IMG/VR virus record: IMGVR_UViG_3300031962_000002
Location: 11,541 to 75,540 of that record
Reading direction: 5' to 3' (one strand)
DNA: 64,000 nucleotides
Source of the DNA: a virus
Below the pieces are notes generated by a model, which saw nothing but the letters and a program-made list of their open reading frames with translations, ran no database searches and was not told the DNA's origin. A program made the position numbers and the translations under genes. Below, piece by piece: positions 29,301 through 37,477 of this stretch (position 1 is the stretch's first letter; each line of letters starts with the position of its first letter).

Positions 29301-32300
29301 CCATTGAATTTCTTAATGACAATGCCATTGAAATACTCATTGTATAGTTTTGACAGTTCGTTACCTGTCTTTTCATCGGCCTCAATAAGCCCGGCAAATT
29401 CGTTCTGGAGTCTTTCAGCCTTATCACGAACATCCTGCGTGAGTTTTGGAAGTGGTGTTTTGGTACCATCTGAATGAGTGACATAAAAGTCGGGCACATT
29501 TTTAGTGATAGCGGCTTTCACGACCACATCAACGCCACGGCGATGACCGTCTGGGTCGAAGGCTTCATAGTCGCCTCCCAGAACGCGGGAATTCACTTCG
29601 TAATCATCCGTGGCTTTATTGTACCGAACCGTCACTCGTCCTTCTCCAAATACTGAATCAAGGAATTGTTGTGTATATTTTAACGGAATCCACGATGCCC
29701 CCAACTGGAAAGTGATTTGTTCTTTGGGAATAGGCATCGGAATGATCTTTTTGAGCGCCTCAACATTGCGTTCATATTTCTGATCAACCTTAACCCATTG
29801 TTCGGCCTGCTTTAGCTTCTCAATGACGTTGCCTGATAAATACTCGTTCTTTTCAACGATCTCGTCAGGCGTCTCAAAAATCTCATCTTTTATTCTTTTG
29901 ATTGTTGCCTCTTCTGATTTCTCGCCGAGTACCTTCTGAATGAAAGGCATGTTGAGTTTTCCATAGTTGTTGATGGAAAACCCTATCGCTTCCTGTGGAA
30001 CTTCGGTCTTTGTAAATTCATTCAGTTCTCTCTTGATAGGTTTTTCAACAACATCTGAAAATGTTCCATCCGATTTTTCAAGGGCTGACACCGCATAAAA
30101 ATCGGGATCAGAAACCAGTATGCGATTGATCGCTTTGTTGCCTTTTGCAAGTGAGTTGAGGTTTGATGGTTTGATTATCCTGATAAAATTCTTTAGCGCA
30201 ATCCGAAGGCGTGAACGCTCTTCTTTTGTGTCCTCATTGAGTTTGTCTTTTGCCAAAACATCAAAGTAGATTTTCTTAGTATCAACAAATGCCTTCAAAA
30301 TAGGCATGTCCTTCTCGGCGGGCATCACGCCTTTGCCAATCTCTTCGATTGAGTATTTGCCTGTATCCCGGTCGAAGTCGCGCACGAAGTAATATTTCCC
30401 TTCATTTTCAACAATGCCACCAGATACCATCCGGCCCAGCGGTGTGATTTGAAGAGTCTGAAGGGTGTCCTTTTCTTGCGCCTGACGTTCGAGTATGGGT
30501 GCCTTTTTGGCCATCTCGGCAAGTTTTTCGCCTACCTTGGTTGGATCAAATTCACCTACCAAAGTGTATCCTCTTTCAGCATTGTAAAGTCCACCGGCCT
30601 TGAATTCTGTGCCAAAGATGTTTTCCGGGTTCTTTTTGAAATACTCATTGTACTGGATATCCTGATTGGGCAAAGCGGGGTTGTTGTGCTTTACATTTTG
30701 GGTTACAATGTTCGAAATCTGGTCGACGCCGGGAACTGATGGTGTAATCTTCTTCCTCAAAAGGATGATATCAGTCACCACCTGGGTACCGGCATCGGCA
30801 TTGAATGCTGAAGAAGAAAGCCTAACGGCGCCTACAAAATCGGTTTCCTTGTTGATTAGGTCCCTGGTGCCTTGGTTTCCCGGCGTATCGAGGATATTTG
30901 ATGTGGTCAAAATCGCCACATATCCACCCGGCCGCACCGAATCAATGGCTTTGGCAAAGAAGTAGGTATGCAGTTTATCTTGGCTCTGTTTCCACAGACC
31001 TCCGCGCTTGTCCAATTGAGGATCGTACACATGAGCTGACCCAAAAGGAATATTGGAAACGAACAAATCATAGTAATTTGACGGAATTGAGGCGCTTTGC
31101 AGCGGGCTATTAATAATTGATGCCTTCGGATATAGGTATTTGCTGATCAAAGAGCTTACGACATCCATGTCGACGCCTTTAACCCGGCTATTGCCGGACA
31201 TCGCCGCTGGCATCCCGCCTATAAACCGACCAGTTCCTACTGAACCTTCAAGGATTTTGCCCCCTTCAAATCCTCCAGCGCCAAGCCCTTCATAGATTGC
31301 CCGAATAACAGGCAAGGAGGTGTAATAGGCATTGCGTGTTGAACTTTTGGCTGTCTCCAATGGCTTTGTGCCAGTCTTCTCCCCAATGTCCTCCAAGAGG
31401 CTTTTGAGCTTTTGGGCATCATCAAAGAATTCGAGGTTTGATTTCGTCCAGTCTTTGCCGAGCTTGTTGTCAGAAAGCAGAATCTCGCCCAGCGGGCCTA
31501 ACCCATTGTATTTGGCGAGTGCTTCCTTTTGTTCATCTGTGGCAAAACTGTCCGGATTGTCCAAAAGATTATTAATCACCTCCAACGCCGCGATGTTGTC
31601 AGTGTATGCCTGCCGCTTGGAGAATGTCTTGTTCTTAGTCCTTTCCCAGTTCTCTGGGTAGACAAAGTTGTGCTGGATCTCGGAGTCCTTTAATTCAGGC
31701 CGTAGGCGTCCCTCATTGCCTCCTGAAGGCTCTCCTGCGGGCTCATTCCCGTTTTCTCGTACATCTCCTGGTTGTGATTCACCAGGCTGACTAACGTTTC
31801 CATTTGCTTCTTCGCCTCCAGTTCCTTTTCCTTGTTCAGTTCCTCCCTTCTCTTCTCCGGCATTGCGTTCAGCATTGACGCTACTGGTCCGTGAACCTCC
31901 TTCACCAACCACTGTTCCAGTTTTGTTAACATTTTCTTTAGGTGTTAATTTTTCAAGTTCTCTTTCGTTGACTACCTTTTCGATAGTCTCTTTCGGAATA
32001 TCTTGGACGTTTTCAAATTTCTCACCAGTCCGCTTCTCCACTGAATTCAACAAGTGAGAAGGATTTTCAAATCCTTTCTTTTTGGCTATCTCGTCCGCAT
32101 GAGATTTAGCCTCTTCCTTAGTCAGAAATTCCCCTTCAGGCGTGGCGACATGATAGCCGCTGCCGGGAATTATGTGCACTGGTTGAGACGAAACAATGTT
32201 GCCTTTCAGAACCGCACGGACTCCGTTCTTGTCCTCCCCTACTTTATCCCCTTCCAGGTTGGTCCCGAGAACTTTAAAGCCCTTGCCAAAAGACTCTTCT

Positions 32301-34870
32301 TGTTTGGCTTCTTCGGGTTTAGGATTAGATATTTCACTCCCTTGAGTTGACGTTTGAGTATTTTCATTGGTTATTTTATCTTTAAAAAATTGCGCTATAT
32401 TTTTGTCTGAAATTTCATAGCCTGAATCAGTTTCAGTTAGATAATTAGTTAACTCACTGCCAGCCTTAAGTCTTATACTAACCGCTCTTTTGTCTTGTAT
32501 AGGTTTTCCTTCTTTGTCATAAAACTGGACTATTCTGCTGCCATCATCTGTTTTTATTTCTTGACGAATACCATTTTCAAAATCAGTCTTTGTGGCTGTA
32601 GCATTTCCTATTTTTAATTCCTGTTTATTAATTTCTTCTCCAAGATCAGGAACATCAATTGTGCTTGTTGCTATCCCGTGTTTTTCTGATTCTTTCTTCC
32701 ACTTTATTTTTTCCTCGGTATTGTCTCCGAGTGGTGCTTGTTGCTTTTCTTCTTCAGTCCGATTTTCTTGGGTAGTTTCATTCCCTTGGACGCTTGGTTC
32801 CACTCGTCCACGTTCACTCCCTGGTTCTCCAACTGCTTCTTGTGCATGTTGAAGTACGCTGCTTGTGCTTGGCTCTTGTATGGCATTTTGTTCCCCCTCC
32901 TTGGTTTTATTTTTTAGTTTGTAAACAAATGCTTTTTCTCCGTTTTCTAAAATGATGGTTGAACGTTCGTATTTCTCTTCCCAATTATCAAGTTTTTTTA
33001 ACTGTTCTGGCGTAACCTCCAAAACTTCCCCTCTTAAATTCTTCCCTTCATCATGTTTAATGTCAGGGAAAGATTTAATGTCAAATTTTTCATCGTTTGG
33101 AGCAATTGCCATTTCTGTCTTCACATGTTCACCTATTGCTTCTTTTCTTGTCTTTGGATCTTTTAAAGTGCCGTAAACAAATACTTTTTGTTTCCCCGTT
33201 TCTGGATTAACTGGAACTACTTCTGATGATGGCTTAGTCTCGAGAATTTTATCTTGCCGTACTTTTTCCTCCCGATTGCTGCCGCTACTGCTCCCGGGTT
33301 GTTCACTCCCGGTTCGTGGCTCAATTTGTTCTTCAGTTTCTGAAAGCGGCCTCCCCCGCCCAGTTTCATTGACTTGTGGATTGTTTGTGATTTCATCTTT
33401 TTGTGATTTTGATTCGTTTGTTATTTTCTCTTGGTTGTTTTTAAAATTGCCAACGATATGACCGCCTCCAATAATACCAATGGAACCATAAAATCCCTGT
33501 AATCCTTCCTCTCTCGATCTATTCCAATCAATGTCTTTTTCCCAATCAATGTCATCAACTTTCTTTCCACTTGCTAAAAGTGCCCCTATTTGTGAATTGG
33601 TGCCTTGCATGAACTCTGTTGCATATTCAGTTAATGGTTCTGCTAAAGCCTTAACGCCTTTTTTCCACATTGCCTCTGGGGCATGTTTCAATAACTCTTC
33701 TGTGGCTTTCTTTTTGATTATATTCTTAACACCTACACTAAATGCTTTAGTAGTTGTGAATATTGATGATCCTAGATCAAGAACTCCATTTATTAACCCT
33801 ACAACGTGAGCAACTTCTTTGGCTGGCTTGTCAAGATCCTTTTCAATAACTTCTTTTTCTGTTATTCCATAATTCTTAGCTATCGCTGAAACAGCCTCAT
33901 CATAGGCACCTCCTTTTTCCATAAGATAACTTGATGCCCCGAGCGTAGCTACTGAGGTAGGAATATAACCTAACCCATTACCGATGGCTCCCCCAATATA
34001 GGATGCTATTCCAGATGAACCTTGCTTGGTGGCTTCTTCCCAATCTTTTGGTATTGCCTTCAAACCAGAATAATCACCCAGAAGTTTACTGGATTCCTCC
34101 TGAATTTTTTTTGCCTCTTCTAAGTGTGATATTTTTTTATTTATTGCCGCCGCTGTAAATGATGGCCCTACTTTAATAATCTTACCCTCTTTTGTAATGA
34201 CATCCCCACCTTTGCGCCATCCAGGATATTCCTCATCTGCTATTTTTTCAGCATATTTTCTTCGCGTCTCATCACTGGCAAATTCATTTAACACTGCATA
34301 TTTTTCAGGATGAGTCCGGATAAGTTCATCTATGAAATCCGTTTTCTGATTGATAGCCTCATTTTGTTGAATGTTTGCAGGAACATCATGCTTAAGTACC
34401 GAAATAAACTTTCTTCCTAAATCAAATAGTCCTCTGAATAGATTTTCTGTCGCACCTCCTCCATATTCCTTCAATGCTATATCATGAATGTTCTCTTCTG
34501 GAGTAGGCGTTAAAGTTACTTCTGGTGTTGGTGGTTGAGGTTTTGTTGGATCAATCTGCCCGCTTAATAATTGTTCTTCTGGCGAAGGACTTGGTGGCGT
34601 GATTGCCAACTCTGAACCAGTTGATAAAGGCTTTGTAACATCCAATTGACCAGGTAACGAAAAACTGAAAGTATCGTCTTTTTTTTTTACTTTGGATTCA
34701 AAGTCTGAATATTCTCCTAATTCAAATTCTTTACCAACTCCATTGTAAAATGCCTGTCTTTTAGTTGGATCTTGCAGTTTTTTAGTGAACTCATCTAGGG
34801 AACCAATGTCATATTTTTTTGACACGGCTTCATGCAACACCTTTATTTTATCGTCAGTAGGATCAATCAT
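23339..34870 (-). CDS. Giant polyvalent virion-ejected protein (3843 aa): gamma-glutamylcyclotransferase-like domain, DarB-like N6-adenine methyltransferase, SNF2/SF2 helicase and LPD38-like C-terminus
   Basis: VFVYGTLK...LDNWEEKY (GGCT). ILEGSVGTG and VSNIPFG (MTase motifs I and IV). HQVGAGKS, VDESQ, SGTPISN, GTGVNVQ and QRNGRGIR (helicase). Confidence 0.85.
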   Translation of the reverse strand: MIDPTDDKIKVLHEAVSKKYDIGSLDEFTKKLQDPTKRQAFYNGVGKEFELGEYSDFESKVKKKDDTFSFSLPGQLDVTKPLSTGSELAITPPSPSPEEQLLSGQIDPTKPQPPTPEVTLTPTPEENIHDIALKEYGGGATENLFRGLFDLGRKFISVLKHDVPANIQQNEAINQKTDFIDELIRTHPEKYAVLNEFASDETRRKYAEKIADEEYPGWRKGGDVITKEGKIIKVGPSFTAAAINKKISHLEEAKKIQEESSKLLGDYSGLKAIPKDWEEATKQGSSGIASYIGGAIGNGLGYIPTSVATLGASSYLMEKGGAYDEAVSAIAKNYGITEKEVIEKDLDKPAKEVAHVVGLINGVLDLGSSIFTTTKAFSVGVKNIIKKKATEELLKHAPEAMWKKGVKALAEPLTEYATEFMQGTNSQIGALLASGKKVDDIDWEKDIDWNRSREEGLQGFYGSIGIIGGGHIVGNFKNNQEKITNESKSQKDEITNNPQVNETGRGRPLSETEEQIEPRTGSEQPGSSSGSNREEKVRQDKILETKPSSEVVPVNPETGKQKVFVYGTLKDPKTRKEAIGEHVKTEMAIAPNDEKFDIKSFPDIKHDEGKNLRGEVLEVTPEQLKKLDNWEEKYERSTIILENGEKAFVYKLKNKTKEGEQNAIQEPSTSSVLQHAQEAVGEPGSERGRVEPSVQGNETTQENRTEEEKQQAPLGDNTEEKIKWKKESEKHGIATSTIDVPDLGEEINKQELKIGNATATKTDFENGIRQEIKTDDGSRIVQFYDKEGKPIQDKRAVSIRLKAGSELTNYLTETDSGYEISDKNIAQFFKDKITNENTQTSTQGSEISNPKPEEAKQEESFGKGFKVLGTNLEGDKVGEDKNGVRAVLKGNIVSSQPVHIIPGSGYHVATPEGEFLTKEEAKSHADEIAKKKGFENPSHLLNSVEKRTGEKFENVQDIPKETIEKVVNERELEKLTPKENVNKTGTVVGEGGSRTSSVNAERNAGEEKGGTEQGKGTGGEEANGNVSQPGESQPGDVRENGNEPAGEPSGGNEGRLRPELKDSEIQHNFVYPENWERTKNKTFSKRQAYTDNIAALEVINNLLDNPDSFATDEQKEALAKYNGLGPLGEILLSDNKLGKDWTKSNLEFFDDAQKLKSLLEDIGEKTGTKPLETAKSSTRNAYYTSLPVIRAIYEGLGAGGFEGGKILEGSVGTGRFIGGMPAAMSGNSRVKGVDMDVVSSLISKYLYPKASIINSPLQSASIPSNYYDLFVSNIPFGSAHVYDPQLDKRGGLWKQSQDKLHTYFFAKAIDSVRPGGYVAILTTSNILDTPGNQGTRDLINKETDFVGAVRLSSSAFNADAGTQVVTDIILLRKKITPSVPGVDQISNIVTQNVKHNNPALPNQDIQYNEYFKKNPENIFGTEFKAGGLYNAERGYTLVGEFDPTKVGEKLAEMAKKAPILERQAQEKDTLQTLQITPLGRMVSGGIVENEGKYYFVRDFDRDTGKYSIEEIGKGVMPAEKDMPILKAFVDTKKIYFDVLAKDKLNEDTKEERSRLRIALKNFIRIIKPSNLNSLAKGNKAINRILVSDPDFYAVSALEKSDGTFSDVVEKPIKRELNEFTKTEVPQEAIGFSINNYGKLNMPFIQKVLGEKSEEATIKRIKDEIFETPDEIVEKNEYLSGNVIEKLKQAEQWVKVDQKYERNVEALKKIIPMPIPKEQITFQLGASWIPLKYTQQFLDSVFGEGRVTVRYNKATDDYEVNSRVLGGDYEAFDPDGHRRGVDVVVKAAITKNVPDFYVTHSDGTKTPLPKLTQDVRDKAERLQNEFAGLIEADEKTGNELSKLYNEYFNGIVIKKFNGDHLTFPGMQGYDLNPHQKDAIMMIVQKMGGMVDHQVGAGKSLVMSVGAIKMKEIGLVNKPLITTMKSVVPGMMDQIKAQYPEKKILAPTDKDFSAANRQRLFAQIANNDWDLVIITHENLGTIPLPAEFESQYIEGEIEELRSAMSEMNADKSDKWAVKQAKALEERVANLKTRLEKLQDKGVGASRTDFGTMGVDMLFVDESQQMKNLNFVTKLRNVSGMGTAKGSKRASNLKMVTRYLQNMHGGDKGIVFASGTPISNSLVEVYNIFQYLRPSLLKKLQMVSLDQFLKNFALITSQMEKNVAGVIKNKTRLTKFVNVPELASLYSEISDVRGEHNLKLEKPEIKGGKPEIILIPQSETVRMITKAIYDASKSASIAPLKSIGINPQGDAEKALGLVLTTLGTKASIDPRLVFPHQKADGGKLFKVADEVKKIYDEEAEKKGTQLVFADMGTPKNKNAKLGDRVHDQVIEMYGEEVLNEIPNTDTIWKQTEQSAIKQKLIDILEVDPSEADFIIEEANNVNSFNVYDALKNLLVSKGIPEKEIAFIHDAPTKKLKEELFDKVNKGQVRVLLGSTQKMGTGVNVQSKIAAMHHVDVGWRPSDLEQRNGRGIRRGNSYKEVAIKYYGTQETIDSYRFDLLSRKQSGIDSFRAGAKGLREMDFEDGESMTMSEFAAAISGDTRILDLEKLKSKAEKLRNRVESTKRANIMRSRRIDEAKKFVDYTREERRIVNDLADRIVKNIKLEEVEEESKDEKGKVKKVTTVVAKFKGEVNGQEYDTANPKQRQEFYQALSERANDAMHSTYRRQIGTIGGIDVYARQNEGYKDARVDLGDDTVTNKNISPVAIIKRTQAINPLTLRIAVQATIRDIRIDISQSEKEYKDALSNLKSAEGVKEVAAKEEDIKELAETEEKRNKLSAELKAESEKQSEEKLPEEPKNSLEDIIAENSKKNAEENFEGFSGAMTTGLPIKPIGKVKKAPSNNALLAIIAQSGKTREELERQLNEEVKIGDQEVDERIDKAAAPAPENMEKTWGEAITGVKNWATQHFKFLDAKTWPREANILREFETLYPWAKGNANQYVKTMVEGMTPQQYKIFSMRIILADMQESIKKGLNMVGPDGKLPFGFNDADQVDRALTKYDIFMKGDPRIQRAFDMREEFMAEFKRQLIESGLLDENDIESYYHRRVLEYHAENEHKSILFGKDIADKKRDFQKRRKGTRGLDYSTNFIETEFKVVSEGMYEMEKQRILKDLVAPFEKQLNAISAEFKKHFDAQLASIEKQFGEDSKEVKQYIDGKRALKRNYLFDNLPEGFTFYRVSEDNRLFWGKTVSQKTIDRAIDQAEDNDNAGLSDALAIVDELISGLKSGLMVGPKRKQYMIPTQLAEQLEELAKNETVSAPTGLATKITSAWKQLMILSPTRMLRYNLNNFGSDLDRLIQVEPKIAKYAKEATGELWRYLKYGETTPQLLEAMRGDVINSGFQISELADISKEKWAEALQSDSPSIENILGKEGMKKLAIKIKDAPGNLWDKYMKAVSPYVQFRENILRYAAYKLAVEKTAKGEAFYWASPADQIRKITDVRQKNAKLARDVFGDYMNLSQGAHQMRRVLLPFYSWFEVNMKTHLNLLKNASSPQAQRDIIKSAVSRGIPSVAFKMARAYVMMGLFTAAIQAWNKFAFGLYGGDEDDEKRLRATKIKGLQLIVGVRDGHIITVPIQGAFYDFIDFFGLWSIGDDLERIFTGGQPVKETVKTAKGIGTNMLNKGVQLVNPLPKALFELGSGQSYYPDITNPTPINDKWEYLFKSMTLGDEYNYALSDKPKRESYLSRKFHNSLLREFDTEQLSYYAAKKIINNYEGGDVGGSKGETGNPTRADQKDAEYKFMLALRYGKYDDADKWLGEFLQKGGNPANIKQKLRSSNPFAGVKKVPIKGEPVSEWIDLYHILNDENYHPQTHFGRQITSEDKFTLKEAMNYYERIIKNAKEYKAHPVLTPVE
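31690..31932 (-). CDS. Candidate nested gene (+1 frame) inside the giant gene, helical 80-aa protein
   Basis: Protein-like sequence (…EKTGMSPQESLQEAMRDAYGLN) overlying a low-complexity linker of the main frame; A-rich leader. Confidence 0.45.
   Translation of the reverse strand: MLTKLEQWLVKEVHGPVASMLNAMPEKRREELNKEKELEAKKQMETLVSLVNHNQEMYEKTGMSPQESLQEAMRDAYGLN
32704..32886 (-). CDS. Candidate nested gene (+1 frame), small basic MPYKS-type phage protein
   Basis: MPYKSQAQAAYF...VDEWNQASKGMKLPKK resembles stand-alone small phage proteins. Preceded by AAGGAGG. Confidence 0.6.
   Translation of the reverse strand: MPYKSQAQAAYFNMHKKQLENQGVNVDEWNQASKGMKLPKKIGLKKKSNKHHSETIPRKK
33217..33369 (-). CDS. 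Candidate nested gene (+1 frame), small basic protein with IGRKKYG motif
   Basis: Translated by hand: MKLGGGGRFQKLKNKLSHEPGVNNPGAVAAAIGRKKYGKIKFSRLSHHQK. Confidence 0.6.
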   Translation of the reverse strand: MKLGGGGRFQKLKNKLSHEPGVNNPGAVAAAIGRKKYGKIKFSRLSHHQK

Positions 34871-36252
34871 TAAAATCCGGGTATTTTAATTTTTCCTGTT
34901 TTAGGCTTAGTCTTTTCTTCTGCCTTTCTTTTTTCATTTATATAGGTAGGATATTCTTCTCCAATGGCTGTCTTTTTATTGATCTCATCCATTCTTTGAG
35001 ATAGAGCAACTTTGGCTTGACGTTTTTCTTCTTCTGTATTTATCGGAAGATAAACTGATGCTTTACTCTTCGCCCCACCGAAAATGTTGAATGTCTGATT
35101 ACCCTCTGCATCGGTTTGTGGCATCCCACTCACATAATCAAGTTTGATGAATTTTCCTTTTGTTCCCTTATCATTCTTGCTAGCGTATTCTGCTCGCACG
35201 TCGCTGGCTAACTTGCCGAAATACGAAAGGACATCTTTCCCTGAATCTCCAGAAACAACACGATTTAAAAGTTCATCTCTTCCTTCCAAGTCTGCTTTCT
35301 GATTTCTGTATCCGTAGCCTCCAAAATGATAATACCTACGGTCAGCCTCATTTTGTTTGAATCCTAATTGAGGTCTATTTTTAACTTCCTTCGGATCGTA
35401 ACCTTCAAGCAATGCAGTCAGGTACTTCTTATTCTGTTCAATTGTGCCATTTGGTACATCTTTAGCTACGAGTTTAGACAACATAGGATCTTGCATTGCC
35501 TGGATGTAAACATCGTCGGTCATGTTGATCTTTGGCATTCCAGTTCTCGGGTCCATAATAATTCTACCTTTGTCATCCTGCGCGATTCCAAGTTTTGTTT
35601 TTGTGTCTTGAATGTTGTATTGCTGGCCTAGTGGATTAAACATATCAGTGTAGTACTGATTCACTTTTTCCGGTAATCCTTTCATAAAATTAAGAGCAAC
35701 ACCTTGTTTGTCGTAATTATTTGGATGGTCAACAATGCTTTGTAATTGATTCATCCCTGCTCGAATGTCATTATCTGGTTTCAGTTTCCCAGTATTGTCA
35801 TATAGAACATCGCGGAGTACGCTTCTTGATTCTGGTTTATAAATCCCAGATTTGATATTGTCTTCGATTATTTTGCTTGCGGCATCATAGTCGTTTTTCC
35901 AATTGTCTGTTTCGGCGATGTAGGAATTCACTTCTCCTTGACCTCTTCGGATATCACGTTCAGCCATCGATATTTTTCGTGGATCATTTTGAGCGGCATC
36001 AATAACGGAATACGATTTTTCTCTGTGATTATTGACGTAATCGGATATTCTTTGCTTCAAAGGATCGAACTTTGCTTCGGGCTTGTACTTATCCATGTAA
36101 TCATGGAGTGCGTCGCGATCTTTCTTGGCTTGCTCTGCCTTTAACGCTTCGTTTTTTTGACGTTGCGCTTGTTGACCGATGTACACTTGAAGAGGATTTA
36201 TACTCCCTCCAAGTATGGTTGCGTTGCCTAGTTCTTCACTTGCAGAGGCCAT
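34870..36252 (-). CDS. Putative internal virion/ejection protein
   Basis: Helical 460-aa protein lying between the small pilot-like gene and the giant gene. Confidence 0.6.
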   Translation of the reverse strand: MASASEELGNATILGGSINPLQVYIGQQAQRQKNEALKAEQAKKDRDALHDYMDKYKPEAKFDPLKQRISDYVNNHREKSYSVIDAAQNDPRKISMAERDIRRGQGEVNSYIAETDNWKNDYDAASKIIEDNIKSGIYKPESRSVLRDVLYDNTGKLKPDNDIRAGMNQLQSIVDHPNNYDKQGVALNFMKGLPEKVNQYYTDMFNPLGQQYNIQDTKTKLGIAQDDKGRIIMDPRTGMPKINMTDDVYIQAMQDPMLSKLVAKDVPNGTIEQNKKYLTALLEGYDPKEVKNRPQLGFKQNEADRRYYHFGGYGYRNQKADLEGRDELLNRVVSGDSGKDVLSYFGKLASDVRAEYASKNDKGTKGKFIKLDYVSGMPQTDAEGNQTFNIFGGAKSKASVYLPINTEEEKRQAKVALSQRMDEINKKTAIGEEYPTYINEKRKAEEKTKPKTGKIKIPGF

Positions 36253-36258
36253 TCATTT

Positions 36259-36963
36259 TTATTGGTTAGCCCATCCGTTATTTCTCCATCCACCCCATTG
36301 TTGCATTCCAAATCCTCTTCTTAATTTTTGATTAAAATAAGGTTGATTAAAATAAGGTTGATTGAAATTTGGATTGTATTGTTGAGGATTGCTGTCATCC
36401 ATTGTTGGGTATTTGGCTTTGATTTGTGCTGTGGCTCCCTTGTTGCCTTTTGCTGACATTCCAACAAGGGCCGTGCTAGCTAAATTATTTATGCCACTGT
36501 AAATGTTTGTATTTCCGGCATTGTTCAATGCCGCTTTGGTTTGGATGTACTGATTTTGGTTTATACGGTCATTCCCAGCTAATTGAGCGTTTGCATTTGA
36601 CAATCGACCAAAGGCATTTTCACTGAATTGCTGGCCTTGAGCGGCAATTCGGCTGTTGGCATCTTGCGCTTGTTGCGTGGCCCCTGCTGACACAGCAGCT
36701 ATTTTATTGGCATCTCCACCAAACATACGCTGGGCGCCAGCTATTTGATTGGCTGCAAGTCTCCGGTTCTGCTCTTCTGCGAAAGCGGCCCCAGGAGCAC
36801 GTCTGGAATAAGCCTGCTGCATCGCCAAGTCTTTATTCATCAAAAGCTGTGGCGGCACGTAGTTGCTTTTTTGCAGATTAGATGCTTTATTTTTTTGGTT
36901 TATACCGCTTCCTATCTGATAGGCTGCGGATGCGGCTGTTACTCCTGCTGCGATCCACGACAT
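36259..36963 (-). CDS. Putative internal virion (pilot/ejection) protein
   Basis: N-terminus MSWIAAGVTAASAAYQIGSG; rich in A/Q/N/G. Confidence 0.65.
   Translation of the reverse strand: MSWIAAGVTAASAAYQIGSGINQKNKASNLQKSNYVPPQLLMNKDLAMQQAYSRRAPGAAFAEEQNRRLAANQIAGAQRMFGGDANKIAAVSAGATQQAQDANSRIAAQGQQFSENAFGRLSNANAQLAGNDRINQNQYIQTKAALNNAGNTNIYSGINNLASTALVGMSAKGNKGATAQIKAKYPTMDDSNPQQYNPNFNQPYFNQPYFNQKLRRGFGMQQWGGWRNNGWANQ
36328..36372. repeat. Three 15-bp tandem units (TTGATTAAAATAAGG x2 plus a degenerate copy) encoding FNQPY repeats
   Basis: Directly visible tandem repeat. Confidence 0.7.
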
Positions 36964-36979
36964 CTTGATATTGAGTTAT

Positions 36980-37477
36980 TCATTTCAAAAACAGTATTTT
37001 ACGTATAAAACTAAGGAATTTCCGCTTCTTTCGAAACTTGTCGTATTGGGCGTAATCTTTGGCTATCACAATATCCTCCAATTTGTCCAAATCTTGGGTG
37101 TTATCAGGATTGTAGTGAACGGTGATCCAACACAAGTCAGTTACGGAATAAAGGGCTCTTTTTGTACCTGGTGGTGAAATCATCGACAGTGGGCCAGTTA
37201 ATCGTTCGTGGCCGCCTGACTCGGTGTACACATCTACTGTGCCAGACATCAAAAAATTTGGATGCGAATGTTTGTGTATTTTCCCTGTAATCAACATCCC
37301 GGCTGGAATGCGAATTTCTCTAACATAAATACCATCGGCGAAAGTATGCTTTAATGGACATATCACGTTATCACCTTGAAATGATCCTTCAATTTCTTTG
37401 ATTTTGTCTTCGACGTCGAAAATCTTTTCTCTTCTGATCAATTCGGCCTCTTCTTTTTTTAATGCTACGCTTTTCAT
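36980..37477 (-). CDS. Cupin-fold hypothetical phage protein
   Basis: HTFADGIYVREIRIPAG, GKIHKHSHPN and SPPGTKR. Confidence 0.75.
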   Translation of the reverse strand: MKSVALKKEEAELIRREKIFDVEDKIKEIEGSFQGDNVICPLKHTFADGIYVREIRIPAGMLITGKIHKHSHPNFLMSGTVDVYTESGGHERLTGPLSMISPPGTKRALYSVTDLCWITVHYNPDNTQDLDKLEDIVIAKDYAQYDKFRKKRKFLSFIRKILFLK

